In this document: positions 37,530 through 47,335 of the stretch, in pieces | How positions within the stretch are numbered: the first letter of the stretch is position 1 | How the letters are laid out: each line of letters starts with the position of its first letter | Program-made: the position numbers and the translations under genes | Notes under the pieces: model-generated | What the model saw: only the letters and a program-made list of their open reading frames with translations | Told to the model about the DNA's origin: nothing | Database searches by the model: none | NCBI GenBank assembly: GCA_003345545.1 | Contig: PRDH01000078.1 | Location: 1 to 64,000 of the forward strand | Direction of reading: 5' to 3' | DNA: 64,000 bases | Source: Candidatus Thorarchaeota archaeon | Lineage (GTDB): Archaea; Asgardarchaeota; Thorarchaeia; Thorarchaeales; Thorarchaeaceae

Positions 37530-39233
37530 ATGAAAGAGAGTATCAAGGTCATTCACTGTTCATCAGACAGATGCAGCAACTGTCCTGATGGAGTTGAATC
37601 AATGTGCCAGAGGCTCTGTAGCATGTCCAAGGAATCAGAGGAGCCCATCATTCTTGCAGAGGCGGACCGCGGCTTGTTGCATCTTCGTTTCACAGGAGGG
37701 CATCTGAGGACTGAACCCCCATGGTATTGTGAGGGATGGGATTCAGTATATATCGGTAACAATGATGAACTGTTTTGTGAATTAGGGAATCTCATCGATT
37801 TCTATTATGTTGGGCCATACCTTTGCTTTTTCATGAGAGAATATAGAAACACTCATGTCAAGTGCGTATATCGACCGATTGTGAGGACGTCTTTGGAGTT
37901 TTCTCTGCTGAATAGGCTCACAGAGGAGTTCAAGAACTCTGCGGGTTCTCTCTTCGGAACCAGAGAACGACTAACGGAACAACAGAAACGAATGATGCAC
38001 GAGATTTCGCAATATATTCAGGATCACATTCCCGAAATCAATGAGAATACACGAACAAGACTTTCACAGATTGTTGCACACCAGACGCACATACTCGGAC
38101 CTCTCATTCCGATTCTGCTGGATGACTTGACTGAAGAAGTGTATCTTGATGGACCTGACACTGCCGCCTATTTTGATCATCAGAAATATGGCAGATGCGC
38201 CACATCAATTACCTTCTGCATGGATGATGTGCCGCGAATTACCACATTCATCAGGGCAGAGAGTAATCTACATCTAGATCGAAGTAACCCTTCTCTAAAG
38301 ATGGAGCTTGACCTTTTGAGTACAATACTTCGCCTGTCAGTGAGTGTGCCTCCTCTCTCCACGAATAGCCTCTACCTTGAAATTCGTCGTGCTCGCAGAG
38401 AACCGTACTCAATTCAGAATCTGATAGAGAACCATACAATTACACATGAGGCAGCAGCTATATTGCTACTAGCTGTTGCTTGCAGGCTCAATATAACCAT
38501 TACAGGAGGCCCAGGCACAGGAAAAACTACTCTCCTGAATGCGCTAGACATGACTACACCCCAGTGGTGGAGGAAGATCTACATAGAAGATGCGATTGAA
38601 AGTAGGCCTTTATCAAATCATCATCAAGTCAGATTACAGGTAGATTCTGTAGATGAACAGCATAAGAAGCTGAACAAGAGTGAAGAAATCGTGAAATGTC
38701 TTCATCGATCACCAGACTATCTGATTCTCGGAGAGATTCAGACAGCTGAACACAGTCAAGCCTTGTTTCAGTCTATTGCAGCAGGTCTCCGGTCCATTCA
38801 GACATGCCATAGTGATTCAGCTTCCAATTTGATTTCCAGATGGATTCATGGACATGGAATCGATAGATCTAACCTTGGAATGATGGACTTGGTTGTTACA
38901 CTGGAAAGACCCAAACCTGGTGAGGCACTGCGCCGCGTCAAAGAAATCGTTGAGATACGCAGAGGAATCCAAGATGGCCTGGTGACCTACGTAGGAACAA
39001 ATGTCTTGTATGACGTCACTAATCCCAATACCATTCATTGGGCACCAGATGGTGCCTTTCAGACTCTTGCCAAAAGCCTTGGAATCAAGGATTCTCAAAA
39101 GTCTATCATAATGCTGATAGACACAGTCCGAAATGGCGGGGACAAGATGGATTTCGGAAAACTGGGCGAAGAAATGTGGTCATATGGGCATCCTTTGCGA
39201 TTCGCTTGTTGCGAATCTAGTAGATTACGCTAG
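37530..39233 (+). CDS. Type II/IV secretion (CpaF/TadA/VirB11-family) ATPase
   Basis: EEVYLDG, GGPGTGKTTLLNAL, Asp box IEDAIE, LHRSPDYLILGEIQ, His box QTCHS. Confidence 0.9.
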   Translation: MKESIKVIHCSSDRCSNCPDGVESMCQRLCSMSKESEEPIILAEADRGLLHLRFTGGHLRTEPPWYCEGWDSVYIGNNDELFCELGNLIDFYYVGPYLCFFMREYRNTHVKCVYRPIVRTSLEFSLLNRLTEEFKNSAGSLFGTRERLTEQQKRMMHEISQYIQDHIPEINENTRTRLSQIVAHQTHILGPLIPILLDDLTEEVYLDGPDTAAYFDHQKYGRCATSITFCMDDVPRITTFIRAESNLHLDRSNPSLKMELDLLSTILRLSVSVPPLSTNSLYLEIRRARREPYSIQNLIENHTITHEAAAILLLAVACRLNITITGGPGTGKTTLLNALDMTTPQWWRKIYIEDAIESRPLSNHHQVRLQVDSVDEQHKKLNKSEEIVKCLHRSPDYLILGEIQTAEHSQALFQSIAAGLRSIQTCHSDSASNLISRWIHGHGIDRSNLGMMDLVVTLERPKPGEALRRVKEIVEIRRGIQDGLVTYVGTNVLYDVTNPNTIHWAPDGAFQTLAKSLGIKDSQKSIIMLIDTVRNGGDKMDFGKLGEEMWSYGHPLRFACCESSRLR

Positions 39234-39333
39234 CAATACAATGACATCTAGTCAAAATGAACGTAGTTCTTCCTTTAGGACCTCAAAAGGGTTGATAACA
39301 GCTGCAAGAAATCTGGACAGAGTTGGACAGGTG

Positions 39334-39341
39334 CTTATATA
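39334..39341 (+). promoter_or_regulatory. Putative TATA box preceded by a TGGACAG direct repeat (39314-39320, 39324-39330)
   Basis: CTTATATA about 160 bp upstream of the pilin ATG; tandem 7-mer with 10-bp period. Confidence 0.5.
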
Positions 39342-39360
39342 GTTCGGTCCAAAATACTCA

Positions 39361-39475
39361 TGTGAGGATCACCCGGCACGAACTCTGTCCTCAAGGAGTC
39401 AAGCCCAGTGCCGTTTTCTGGGCGGGCAGCACTCTGGTGCCCAAGTCTGTCCAACTGACAATGAGCGGTCAGAGA
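39361..39475 (+). ncRNA. Candidate structured 5' leader RNA of the pilin gene
   Basis: Four short hairpins plus loop-loop complementarity CGGCA/TGCCG; GC-rich relative to the flanks. Confidence 0.4.
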
Positions 39476-39500
39476 TGATGAAAGGCCAGGGTGGAGCTTA

Positions 39501-39707
39501 ATGAATAATGAAAATCTGATTGACAACGAGCAAGGCGGTCCATTAGTGGAGGAAAGTCTTCTTCTAGGTCTTGCTGTGGTGACTGTATCAATAGTAATCG
39601 CAGTAATCCTCCAAGCTACAGGATGGGCACAGGACGTTGTCACAGGCTTGTTGCAACTCTTACAAGATAGCTGGAACAATCTCACTCAACTATTCAGTAC
39701 ACCTTAA
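39501..39707 (+). CDS. Flp/Tad-like type IV pilin
   Basis: Acidic leader DNEQG|GPLVEE with Glu at +5, a 20-aa hydrophobic helix, 68 aa in total; SD-like GGTGGAG; downstream of the CpaF ATPase. Confidence 0.7.
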   Translation: MNNENLIDNEQGGPLVEESLLLGLAVVTVSIVIAVILQATGWAQDVVTGLLQLLQDSWNNLTQLFSTP

Positions 39708-39814
39708 TTCCTTCTCAAGCGAGTCATTCCAGTATCAAGTCCTTGACAAATGGGGAAAGGCTTATTTGTGGTCTGGATGAGCGTGCTTCTAAGGCTCCGG
39801 GCTGGCATACTCAG

Positions 39815-39925
39815 GCTCCGGTGGGCTGTTGAAGTGTTATACTGAAACAGTACCGAATGTAGTCCGGCCCAGCATGGGGGATTCTCGATCCCTCGACCCG
39901 GGTTCAAATCCCGGCCGGAGCACCA
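39815..39925 (+). tRNA. tRNA-Glu(CTC) with a 33-nt intron at position 10/11 (39825-39857), CCA encoded
   Basis: GCTCCGG/CCGGAGC acceptor, GTGT/GCAT D stem after splicing, GGGGA-TTCTCGA-TCCCT anticodon arm, CCGGG-TTCAAAT-CCCGG T arm. Confidence 0.92.
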
Positions 39926-39937
39926 ATTGACTCCGAG

Positions 39938-41899
39938 CTAGTTATTGAGACGTTTTTGCTTTATCAGCGGAACGACCACACTAACAAGAGTAATCATCAA
40001 GCTAACTGCAAATCCCACGATACCGACTCCTTGTGAGGCCAATATATCCACCTGAAGAATTGGTATCTCAATTGAACCTGAGGAATATGATAAGCCATCA
40101 TCACCTTCCACTTCGTAATTGAGAGAATAGTAACCGCCTTCAGGAGGAATTGACATATGGAGTGTGAGAACTCCTCCCTCTTGCGATTGTACATGGTAGT
40201 CATGAAGTAGCCAGATGAATTTGACAGTGATCCCCACCGGCAATGATCCATTCAGACATCGAGCCCTCAGAAGCATTGTTACTTCTTGGAGCGGTGGAAG
40301 TACTTCGAAATGACTCATTTCTATTCGGACAGGAATCTGTCGACTGACTATCAATTCATAGTCATATCTGGTTGATAGTTCGTATTGAGAGATATTACCT
40401 TCATAGAGAAATGAAATACTGTATGCTCCTTCAGATTTTGGTGCATTGACTATCAAGGATGTCATTCCATCAGAGTTCGTCGATACAAACATTGCAGGGA
40501 AATCATTGATTAGAATTGTAAGGTTTCTATCGGAGCAGTTCCCAGAAAAGTCTGTCAATCTGACTGCAAAAAGAATCTCTTGGTTTGGAGAGGCATAATG
40601 AAGGATGTTGCATTCCTGCAAGAGGAATACGGGAGCAGACCAGACAGTCAGGGAGTAGTAACAGGTGTTATTAGTGATGAATCGGTTTCCTAGCTCTATC
40701 AGCAGATTATGTTGACCAGGAGGACCAAGTATTGGGAACAGAATTCCGGCGGTAGAAGTGTCATAAAGAAATCGCAGGGTTGTGTTGAGTCCATTCGAAG
40801 CGTCCAAGACAGTGATATAGGTTCCTGCAAATGGTCGACCAAGGCGATCAAGGACTGTCATCTCTATTTCTGCATCGAATCCAATCACAGGAATAGAAGG
40901 TACCAAGATGCTTACTAGAGCAGGACTGACAATACTTAACGCAAAATCATTGACCGAACTTGCGTAACGTGCAGTTCCATTGTAGACGATTTCAAACGTA
41001 CACATACCAGGCACAAATCGCGTATCAAGTGTGAAGAAGAGCGTTCCAGTTCCAAGAGCACCTGTGAATACAGTATCAATGAAAGCACCATCCAGAAAGA
41101 CTCCTAGTTCGGCGGAAATGCCACCTTCGGAGCAGGATAGACTTACTTCAAAATTCAGAGTGCCACCAAGCATGACCTCAGTTGGATGAGTTCCCACATC
41201 AATTGAAGGAGCTATTTGGCGAATATCAATTGTGAAAGACTCTTCAGTGCTGGCATAACAGCCCACCAGATCCAATTCGTGTACAACACATATTACATTC
41301 TCACCCAGAGCGCTCCAAGTGTCATTACAATGCAACGTGAATGAAGCTATACCTGATGAGTTTGTTATGGACATACCGAGCGTCGTGTTTCCATTGAATG
41401 CAATGAGCTTAGCGTCTGTTATGGGTGTGCTTCCATCATCAAGAAGAAGAGCAGAGAAGCTGAATGAATCTCCAGGCGCAAAGGGTCCAGCTTCATGCTG
41501 AATAATCAGAACAGTGGAGGATATGATCTTCAGGGTAATCCACTGGGCAGAAGGCGATAGAAAGAGCAGGTCATTGCCTCGGAAAGTTGCATTGACCAGT
41601 GTAGGACCCAAGGGAAAACTGAGAGGAATACACCATTCAATCGACGCTATGCCATTAGAGGCAGTTGTATCATTGCCTAGAGGGATATTGTGTGTCTGAT
41701 CGAAGAACTCAACCCGCTGCCCTGAAACAGGGTTCCCATAAGTGCCGTTCTGAAGGAGTAGAACTGTAATTGTCACACTTTCGCCGCGTTGAACAACAGT
41801 GTTTCCTTCTGCAATAGCAGTACTGGTTACTGAGGAAAGGGCTAGCAGAACGAAGACTCCTAGCAAGAGTAAGGTACTGCATTCTCTTATGGGCTTCAT
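39938..41899 (-). CDS. Membrane-anchored Ig-like repeat surface glycoprotein
   Basis: Signal peptide; repeated T-x-x-x-G-x-A, ATFRGN, YNGTARY and YEGNISQY Big-like motifs; C-terminal TM followed by a basic tail (KQKR). Confidence 0.8.
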   Translation of the reverse strand: MKPIRECSTLLLLGVFVLLALSSVTSTAIAEGNTVVQRGESVTITVLLLQNGTYGNPVSGQRVEFFDQTHNIPLGNDTTASNGIASIEWCIPLSFPLGPTLVNATFRGNDLLFLSPSAQWITLKIISSTVLIIQHEAGPFAPGDSFSFSALLLDDGSTPITDAKLIAFNGNTTLGMSITNSSGIASFTLHCNDTWSALGENVICVVHELDLVGCYASTEESFTIDIRQIAPSIDVGTHPTEVMLGGTLNFEVSLSCSEGGISAELGVFLDGAFIDTVFTGALGTGTLFFTLDTRFVPGMCTFEIVYNGTARYASSVNDFALSIVSPALVSILVPSIPVIGFDAEIEMTVLDRLGRPFAGTYITVLDASNGLNTTLRFLYDTSTAGILFPILGPPGQHNLLIELGNRFITNNTCYYSLTVWSAPVFLLQECNILHYASPNQEILFAVRLTDFSGNCSDRNLTILINDFPAMFVSTNSDGMTSLIVNAPKSEGAYSISFLYEGNISQYELSTRYDYELIVSRQIPVRIEMSHFEVLPPLQEVTMLLRARCLNGSLPVGITVKFIWLLHDYHVQSQEGGVLTLHMSIPPEGGYYSLNYEVEGDDGLSYSSGSIEIPILQVDILASQGVGIVGFAVSLMITLVSVVVPLIKQKRLNN

Positions 41900-42205
41900 G
41901 GGATCACTGGCCTAGAATTGGTAAGGGATTCTGAAACGATTGTTCGACTTGAGGCAATTCCAACTGCAGCCGACTGGTGTGGTGTTGCCGTGATTATCAA
42001 TGTCCATTCACCAATACTGATTTGAGTCAACGTGCTTCATGCAAGCCTATCTTGAGTCGGTCTGCATGTTTTTAATCTCCTATTAATTGATGATTGGCAG
42101 GGCTCTATGTTGAGGGGAGTTCTTATGCCAAGAACTGGCACAATGGTTCGATTTTGGTGAAGTGATACTCATCAGAGTAGCCATAGACTGAGGGAATATA
42201 CGTTC

Positions 42206-45200
42206 ATGTCATTCAGATTGCCACTCAAGCGGTCAGAAACAGGTATTCTAGAGCAAAGGAACCTCAATTTGCTACCATGGTTGCATAGGGTATGGCTTGC
42301 TGGGACAGCAACTGCAATCCTGTATCTTCTTCTCATCTATATTCTGCCACTCTACAAGGTGTTTAGTCCCCCGGTTATTCCGTATAAGACAGCCATAGAG
42401 TGGCTAATCTGTTTAGTACCTGTGGTGAGCAGAATTACTCTCAGTAAGCATCAGATAGAACACGAAGACTTTGCAGTATCAATAGAGAAAGAAATCATAC
42501 TGTTTAGCACTGAAAAGCAGATTACAGGGATATGTTGTCTAGAGATTGTTTCAGTATCAGGCTCGGTCTTTTCTGATGAGAGTGGACACCCAAAATACAA
42601 TGCATCTATGCTGTTAGCAATGCGCGCTGGGATGACTCAGTCTGTGACCATGGCGTTTGAGGCAGGAGTTTCGAGAAGCGACCCGTTTCTTCGGATTTAC
42701 ATTACAGCAACAGACGATGAAGTTGATGTTGTCAGAGAAACCCTGAGGAGAGAGGCAACAAGAGTCGAGGCTATTCTACTGGCCTCGTTCAATCTGGTGG
42801 AGATCAATTTGCTTGAAGAAGATCAGCTTCAAGATGCAGTTGCTTCGTTTACAGACGGATTCGATTCAGAAAAAAGTGAGATAACAAGAGAAAGCATGAA
42901 AGCAACGTCATTGATGGTATTGAAAGGTAGTCCTCAAGTAAGACCATCACTGGAGTCGTCTCAAATTGGTACTTTCCTATCAACATTACTGAAGCAGAAC
43001 TACTCGGCCAGTGTGACCTGTGTCTTTTCTACCTGCAAACCTGGCAAGGAAAAGCAGAAGCTTGAAGGAAAATGGAAAACAATACAATCAAAGGAGAAAC
43101 GAAAAGAGGAATCATTGAAGGACTACGCAGAGAAAAAGAAACTGATCACGGAGTATGAAGAGATACAAGACAATGTCGGATGGTTTGATTCATCAGTGTA
43201 CTTCCTTATCAAATGTAAGTCGTCAAAAGATACCGCCACCGCCCAAAACGGCCTGAGTGGACTAATATTGTCGATTTGGGGTGGAAACAATTCCATCAGG
43301 CTTTCGCCTCAGCGATTATCGAAAAGAACTGTGGTCAGATTACTCACAAGGAAACATATGAAGAAACAGAAAATGCATGTAAGCAGGCTGGTTTCATTCA
43401 TTAATACCCCAATTAGAAAACTTCCGACTATCAGTCCGAATGTTCTCCCTGTGTTTCAAGTTCCTCCGCGGGAGTCTATGAGCAACGAACTCGAGATTGG
43501 GAATACTGTCTTTGAAGGACGGCCTTTCTCAAAAGCGGGACTAAAAACGGAGTGGCTGAGAGAACACATTGCTATTCTTGGAGCCACAGGTACTGGGAAG
43601 ACAACCCTTGTGAAGCATCTTATTGCTCAAATCAGTGAGAAAACGAATATTCCCTGGTGGATATTTGATATCAAAGGAACGGAGTACTCAGGGCTTGCTG
43701 GGCGGGTAGAAGATGTAGTAATTCTAAAACCGGGTCTTGATACATCGTTTGTGATCAGCTTAATGGATCCGGATATGGGAAGTGATGAAGGCTGTGCCTA
43801 CTCAACGTTCGTCATGCTTAGAGAACTTCTAAAGGAAAAGGGCGAGTCTTCAGAACTCTCTCCTGCCATGGAGAGATTGCTAAGGGAGTCCCTAGATAGA
43901 TTAGCAGAATCATTGGAGGACAACAATTCCATTCAGGGGCTGGTCAGAACAGTATCTGAGCTTGCCACAGAAGATCGTTTGGGACGGATGACAAGTGACG
44001 CTCTCCTCAACAGGCTTCAGATTCTCTGTCAAGAACCTTTGGGCGAGATTCTGAGTGGTGGTTCTAGAACGATAAGAATCACGAGTCTGTTAGGCAAACG
44101 TGTGGTTCTTGATTTAAGTCATATAGCAAGAACAGGAGGCATGGAATCTGCCCGTCTATTGTACAACTTGATTGCCAAGCGCATCTTTGATAGCTCTATG
44201 AGGAGAGGGATTGTTTCAGGTCTACATCATATTGTAGTTCTTGAAGAAGCCAGCAATCTTGTCCCTGAGATCTATTCGAGGAACTCTTCAGCAGATGTAA
44301 CTACAGGTGAATCAATGGTCTTGCTGCAACGTGCGACTGGGCAAGGTGTCATTGTAGTATCAACCAGACCCAATATATCATCAAACATTTTAGCAAACAC
44401 AGCAACGAAAATCGTGTTTAGACTGCCATATGATAGTCAAGTTGGAAGTAAGTTTCTATCATTGAATCAGAATCAGGAGTCATATCTGAGAACCATGAAA
44501 CGCGGACGAGCGTTAGTTGCGATTCCTGATACTGAAACGTTTGAAATTGCTACTGAACCTTTCATTGACAGATACCCGGTGGCGACACATGATGATTCAA
44601 GTGAGCTGCAATCAGAGGAAATAGAGAAAGATCCACAGAAGAAGACTGGTGATACTTCCACTGAACCGGAGGCCTCTGAACCCGAAAGAAGAGTGGCGTT
44701 TCAGCCCCAAGAGTCTGAAGCGCAGACCATTGTCTTTGATAGGGTAGGACGCTTTGGCAGCCATATCATCGGTTATCTTGCTTCTGCAGGTATGGCTACC
44801 GAACAGCAGATTCACGACCTTCTATCAACTCATGATTCAACAGTGATGGAAGACGATATCTTGGAGGTGATCAGAAACCTAGTTACGCTGGGATCCATCG
44901 ACCGAGAGGCCCTGTCACTTGTTTCAGGCGGTTTTGTATACACATTGCCTGGACAAGGATTGGAGGCTATTCGTCGTGTAATAATGGAGTATGTGACTAG
45001 CAGGTTGGGCATAGAGAAGGGCAATTCTGCGATACGCGAATCTCAAACGGACTTTCCAGATTTGGTTATTGAAGACAAAGCAATGGTCATCATACCTGAA
45101 CATCTCAGAGCATCATCCTTGGAAGTGATTTTGGAGAAGATACGACACCACATGGGAATTCTTGGAAATGGAATAAGTGAAATGTACGTTGTAGTAAGGG

Positions 45201-46003
45201 GAAGTGTTGCCGCGGCTAGACTTCGAGAGATTCTTAACAGCTCCGAAGAATTCTATGCAGTGAACATTGTTTCTGCCTTTCCAAGCTCTCTTGATTCGAT
45301 GATAGAGAGTTTCAGCCGAGCAGCGATTCCTGTTGAAGGCTCTGATAAGAACGAGGTTACTGGGGATTCTGGTGAAGAAACTGAATTGATTGAAGCAATA
45401 CATGAGATTGGTCCAGCAACTAGCAGAGCTATTCAGATTCGGTTGTGGTTTGGACTCATTCAGGATTTCGTGGATTTATCAAATGGACAAGTCAGATGGG
45501 AGGTGCTTTTGGATTTCATTGAAACGACGGCTCTTCAGTCTCTCAAGGGAAGATCTGCTCCACTGATTGCCGAGGAGGGAAGAAGAGCGCTTACTGAGCT
45601 ACTTGCGGATGAGGTTCTAACCGCATTGCGTATCAACAATGAAAGCAAGTTTATCGATGTGCGTCAAGGCCTTTGGATTGTGAATTCCTCAATATTGCAG
45701 GAGTTGAAAGAGAAGGCTACCGGTATGATTGAGGCAGAACTAAAGAAGCGCCATTCCGACGTATCGTGTGATCATGGATACTACGATTTATGCGCAGGTA
45801 ATACATCGTATGTTGTTTTTCCGAATCAACAGCAGCTCAGTACTCTACTGAATCTTCATAGTGAAGTCGCGTGTAGAACCTGTAAGTCGACACAAGTTGT
45901 ATGCATTCTGACTGCGTCTGAGTATCTTGAGGATAGTGTGATGACACCTGGAAATTTAATAGTGAGAACGATGGACGATAGTATTTCCACCCTAGTTAGC
46001 TAA
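42206..46003 (+). CDS. Large membrane-anchored VirB4/HerA(DUF87)-family ATPase with C-terminal extension
   Basis: Two N-terminal hydrophobic segments; HIAILGATGTGKT, IFDIKGTEY, VVLEEA, QRATG, STRP, ILANTATKIVFRL; wHTH-like segment after an acidic linker. Confidence 0.8.
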   Translation: MSFRLPLKRSETGILEQRNLNLLPWLHRVWLAGTATAILYLLLIYILPLYKVFSPPVIPYKTAIEWLICLVPVVSRITLSKHQIEHEDFAVSIEKEIILFSTEKQITGICCLEIVSVSGSVFSDESGHPKYNASMLLAMRAGMTQSVTMAFEAGVSRSDPFLRIYITATDDEVDVVRETLRREATRVEAILLASFNLVEINLLEEDQLQDAVASFTDGFDSEKSEITRESMKATSLMVLKGSPQVRPSLESSQIGTFLSTLLKQNYSASVTCVFSTCKPGKEKQKLEGKWKTIQSKEKRKEESLKDYAEKKKLITEYEEIQDNVGWFDSSVYFLIKCKSSKDTATAQNGLSGLILSIWGGNNSIRLSPQRLSKRTVVRLLTRKHMKKQKMHVSRLVSFINTPIRKLPTISPNVLPVFQVPPRESMSNELEIGNTVFEGRPFSKAGLKTEWLREHIAILGATGTGKTTLVKHLIAQISEKTNIPWWIFDIKGTEYSGLAGRVEDVVILKPGLDTSFVISLMDPDMGSDEGCAYSTFVMLRELLKEKGESSELSPAMERLLRESLDRLAESLEDNNSIQGLVRTVSELATEDRLGRMTSDALLNRLQILCQEPLGEILSGGSRTIRITSLLGKRVVLDLSHIARTGGMESARLLYNLIAKRIFDSSMRRGIVSGLHHIVVLEEASNLVPEIYSRNSSADVTTGESMVLLQRATGQGVIVVSTRPNISSNILANTATKIVFRLPYDSQVGSKFLSLNQNQESYLRTMKRGRALVAIPDTETFEIATEPFIDRYPVATHDDSSELQSEEIEKDPQKKTGDTSTEPEASEPERRVAFQPQESEAQTIVFDRVGRFGSHIIGYLASAGMATEQQIHDLLSTHDSTVMEDDILEVIRNLVTLGSIDREALSLVSGGFVYTLPGQGLEAIRRVIMEYVTSRLGIEKGNSAIRESQTDFPDLVIEDKAMVIIPEHLRASSLEVILEKIRHHMGILGNGISEMYVVVRGSVAAARLREILNSSEEFYAVNIVSAFPSSLDSMIESFSRAAIPVEGSDKNEVTGDSGEETELIEAIHEIGPATSRAIQIRLWFGLIQDFVDLSNGQVRWEVLLDFIETTALQSLKGRSAPLIAEEGRRALTELLADEVLTALRINNESKFIDVRQGLWIVNSSILQELKEKATGMIEAELKKRHSDVSCDHGYYDLCAGNTSYVVFPNQQQLSTLLNLHSEVACRTCKSTQVVCILTASEYLEDSVMTPGNLIVRTMDDSISTLVS

Positions 46004-46797
46004 GATAGCTGTAACCTTGTACAAATAGTTGGATTTCCTGACAACAACGCAGTTAATCGCCCTGGCCTTAAGAGGTTGAAGATTGCTACTTCCACATTTT
46101 GGTCACTCAATTGAAGGAGTTCACTGATCTTTCTTGTCATACCACCTGTGACATCTGTACTAGAAGAGGGGCCTATGTTTGCTAATACCCGATCTTTGTT
46201 CGAACGGTCTATAAGAGGTATACATCGAGCAGCCGGATTCCGAATCGGGTTCTCCTCAAGAACACCATCCACATTTGTGCCAATGAAGACAGCTCTTGCT
46301 GCGAGTTTCTCTGCAAGATATACGGCAATTGTGTCTCCACTTAGAATAGAAGCAGACCTGGTTACATCAAAACAGACATCACCATGTATTATTGCAGAGG
46401 AGCCGACGTTCAATGTTCTTTTGATAATAGCAGTAGGAAAATGTTCTATGTGATTATCTCGTAAGGTGACAAATGTAAATGGGGAGAAGACAACTCCAGG
46501 GACACCTTGTTTGTTCATCTCTTCTTCGACTCTCAATGCTAAGACTGACATATTATGGCGAATATCGGGAATTCCAGCTAGCAGTCGTTGTGAGGGGGTT
46601 TCAGGACTGCCAAATCCATGCTCATGTGCAGCTTGATGACCATGGGCCCCACCGCCTAAAACCACAATAAGAGGACCATGATGATTTGCCAATTCGCGGG
46701 CTATTCGACTGAGATGCTCTTCGTTTACACGTGGGGGCGAGGAATCTTTGTGTGTTATTACAGATCCACCGAGCTTGACAATAATAGGAGGCTCCAA
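46000..46797 (-). CDS. ipk: Isopentenyl phosphate kinase
   Basis: VKLGGSVITHK, GGGAHGH, HGDV, ILSGD, TNVDGV, DVTGGM. Confidence 0.92.
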   Translation of the reverse strand: MEPPIIVKLGGSVITHKDSSPPRVNEEHLSRIARELANHHGPLIVVLGGGAHGHQAAHEHGFGSPETPSQRLLAGIPDIRHNMSVLALRVEEEMNKQGVPGVVFSPFTFVTLRDNHIEHFPTAIIKRTLNVGSSAIIHGDVCFDVTRSASILSGDTIAVYLAEKLAARAVFIGTNVDGVLEENPIRNPAARCIPLIDRSNKDRVLANIGPSSSTDVTGGMTRKISELLQLSDQNVEVAIFNLLRPGRLTALLSGNPTICTRLQLS

Positions 46798-46940
46798 TTA
46801 CACCACACGTCCCGAGATGTGATTGTTGCGCTTATGGACATTGTCTTTCTCGTTGACATGTTTCATTCACAAGACAAGCTTTTTATCCGATTCACTTCCC
46901 GTAGCCTCTGACACCTCCAAAAGCTGAGTGTGGTTTCTAC

Positions 46941-47252
46941 ATGACTCAACGAGCGAGAATTCGATTGTCAAGCACGAGCACAGAACACCTAGATGGAGTC
47001 TGTAATCAGATCAGAAGAATTACTCGAAAGACAGGTGTCAGAATGGCTGGTCCAATACCGCTACCAACTCGCAAGATGGTTATTCCAACCCGAAAGACGC
47101 CCTGTGGCCAAGGTTCTGAGTCTTGGGATAAATGGGAGATGAGAGTTCACAAGCGGCTTATCGACATTGATGCAGACGAGAGAGCTATTCGTCAGATTAT
47201 GCGTGTCAGAATTCCTGACTCTGTATATATCGAGATTGAGTTGACAGGATAG
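46941..47252 (+). CDS. rps10: 30S ribosomal protein uS10
   Basis: [39 protein letters not shown]. Confidence 0.98.
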   Translation: MTQRARIRLSSTSTEHLDGVCNQIRRITRKTGVRMAGPIPLPTRKMVIPTRKTPCGQGSESWDKWEMRVHKRLIDIDADERAIRQIMRVRIPDSVYIEIELTG

Positions 47253-47335
47253 ATTGGTGCGATTCTATCCTGATACAAACGCTTTTTGCATCATTCTGCT
47301 AGAGCTAAGTATTCTCTGATTGAGGAATCTTGATT

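Noticed and set aside
39361-39520. SRP RNA, RNase P RNA, c-di-AMP/c-di-GMP riboswitch or C/D box sRNA
   Set aside because: Too short and lacking the SRP helix 8 and RNase P P4 signatures; only vague riboswitch similarity; ATGATGA at 39475 has no properly spaced D'/C' boxes
32756-46003. Integrated conjugative element or provirus at tRNA-Gly or tRNA-Glu
   Set aside because: No integrase, relaxase or capsid gene and no duplicated tRNA 3' end were seen; core genes (korA, rpo8) are interspersed
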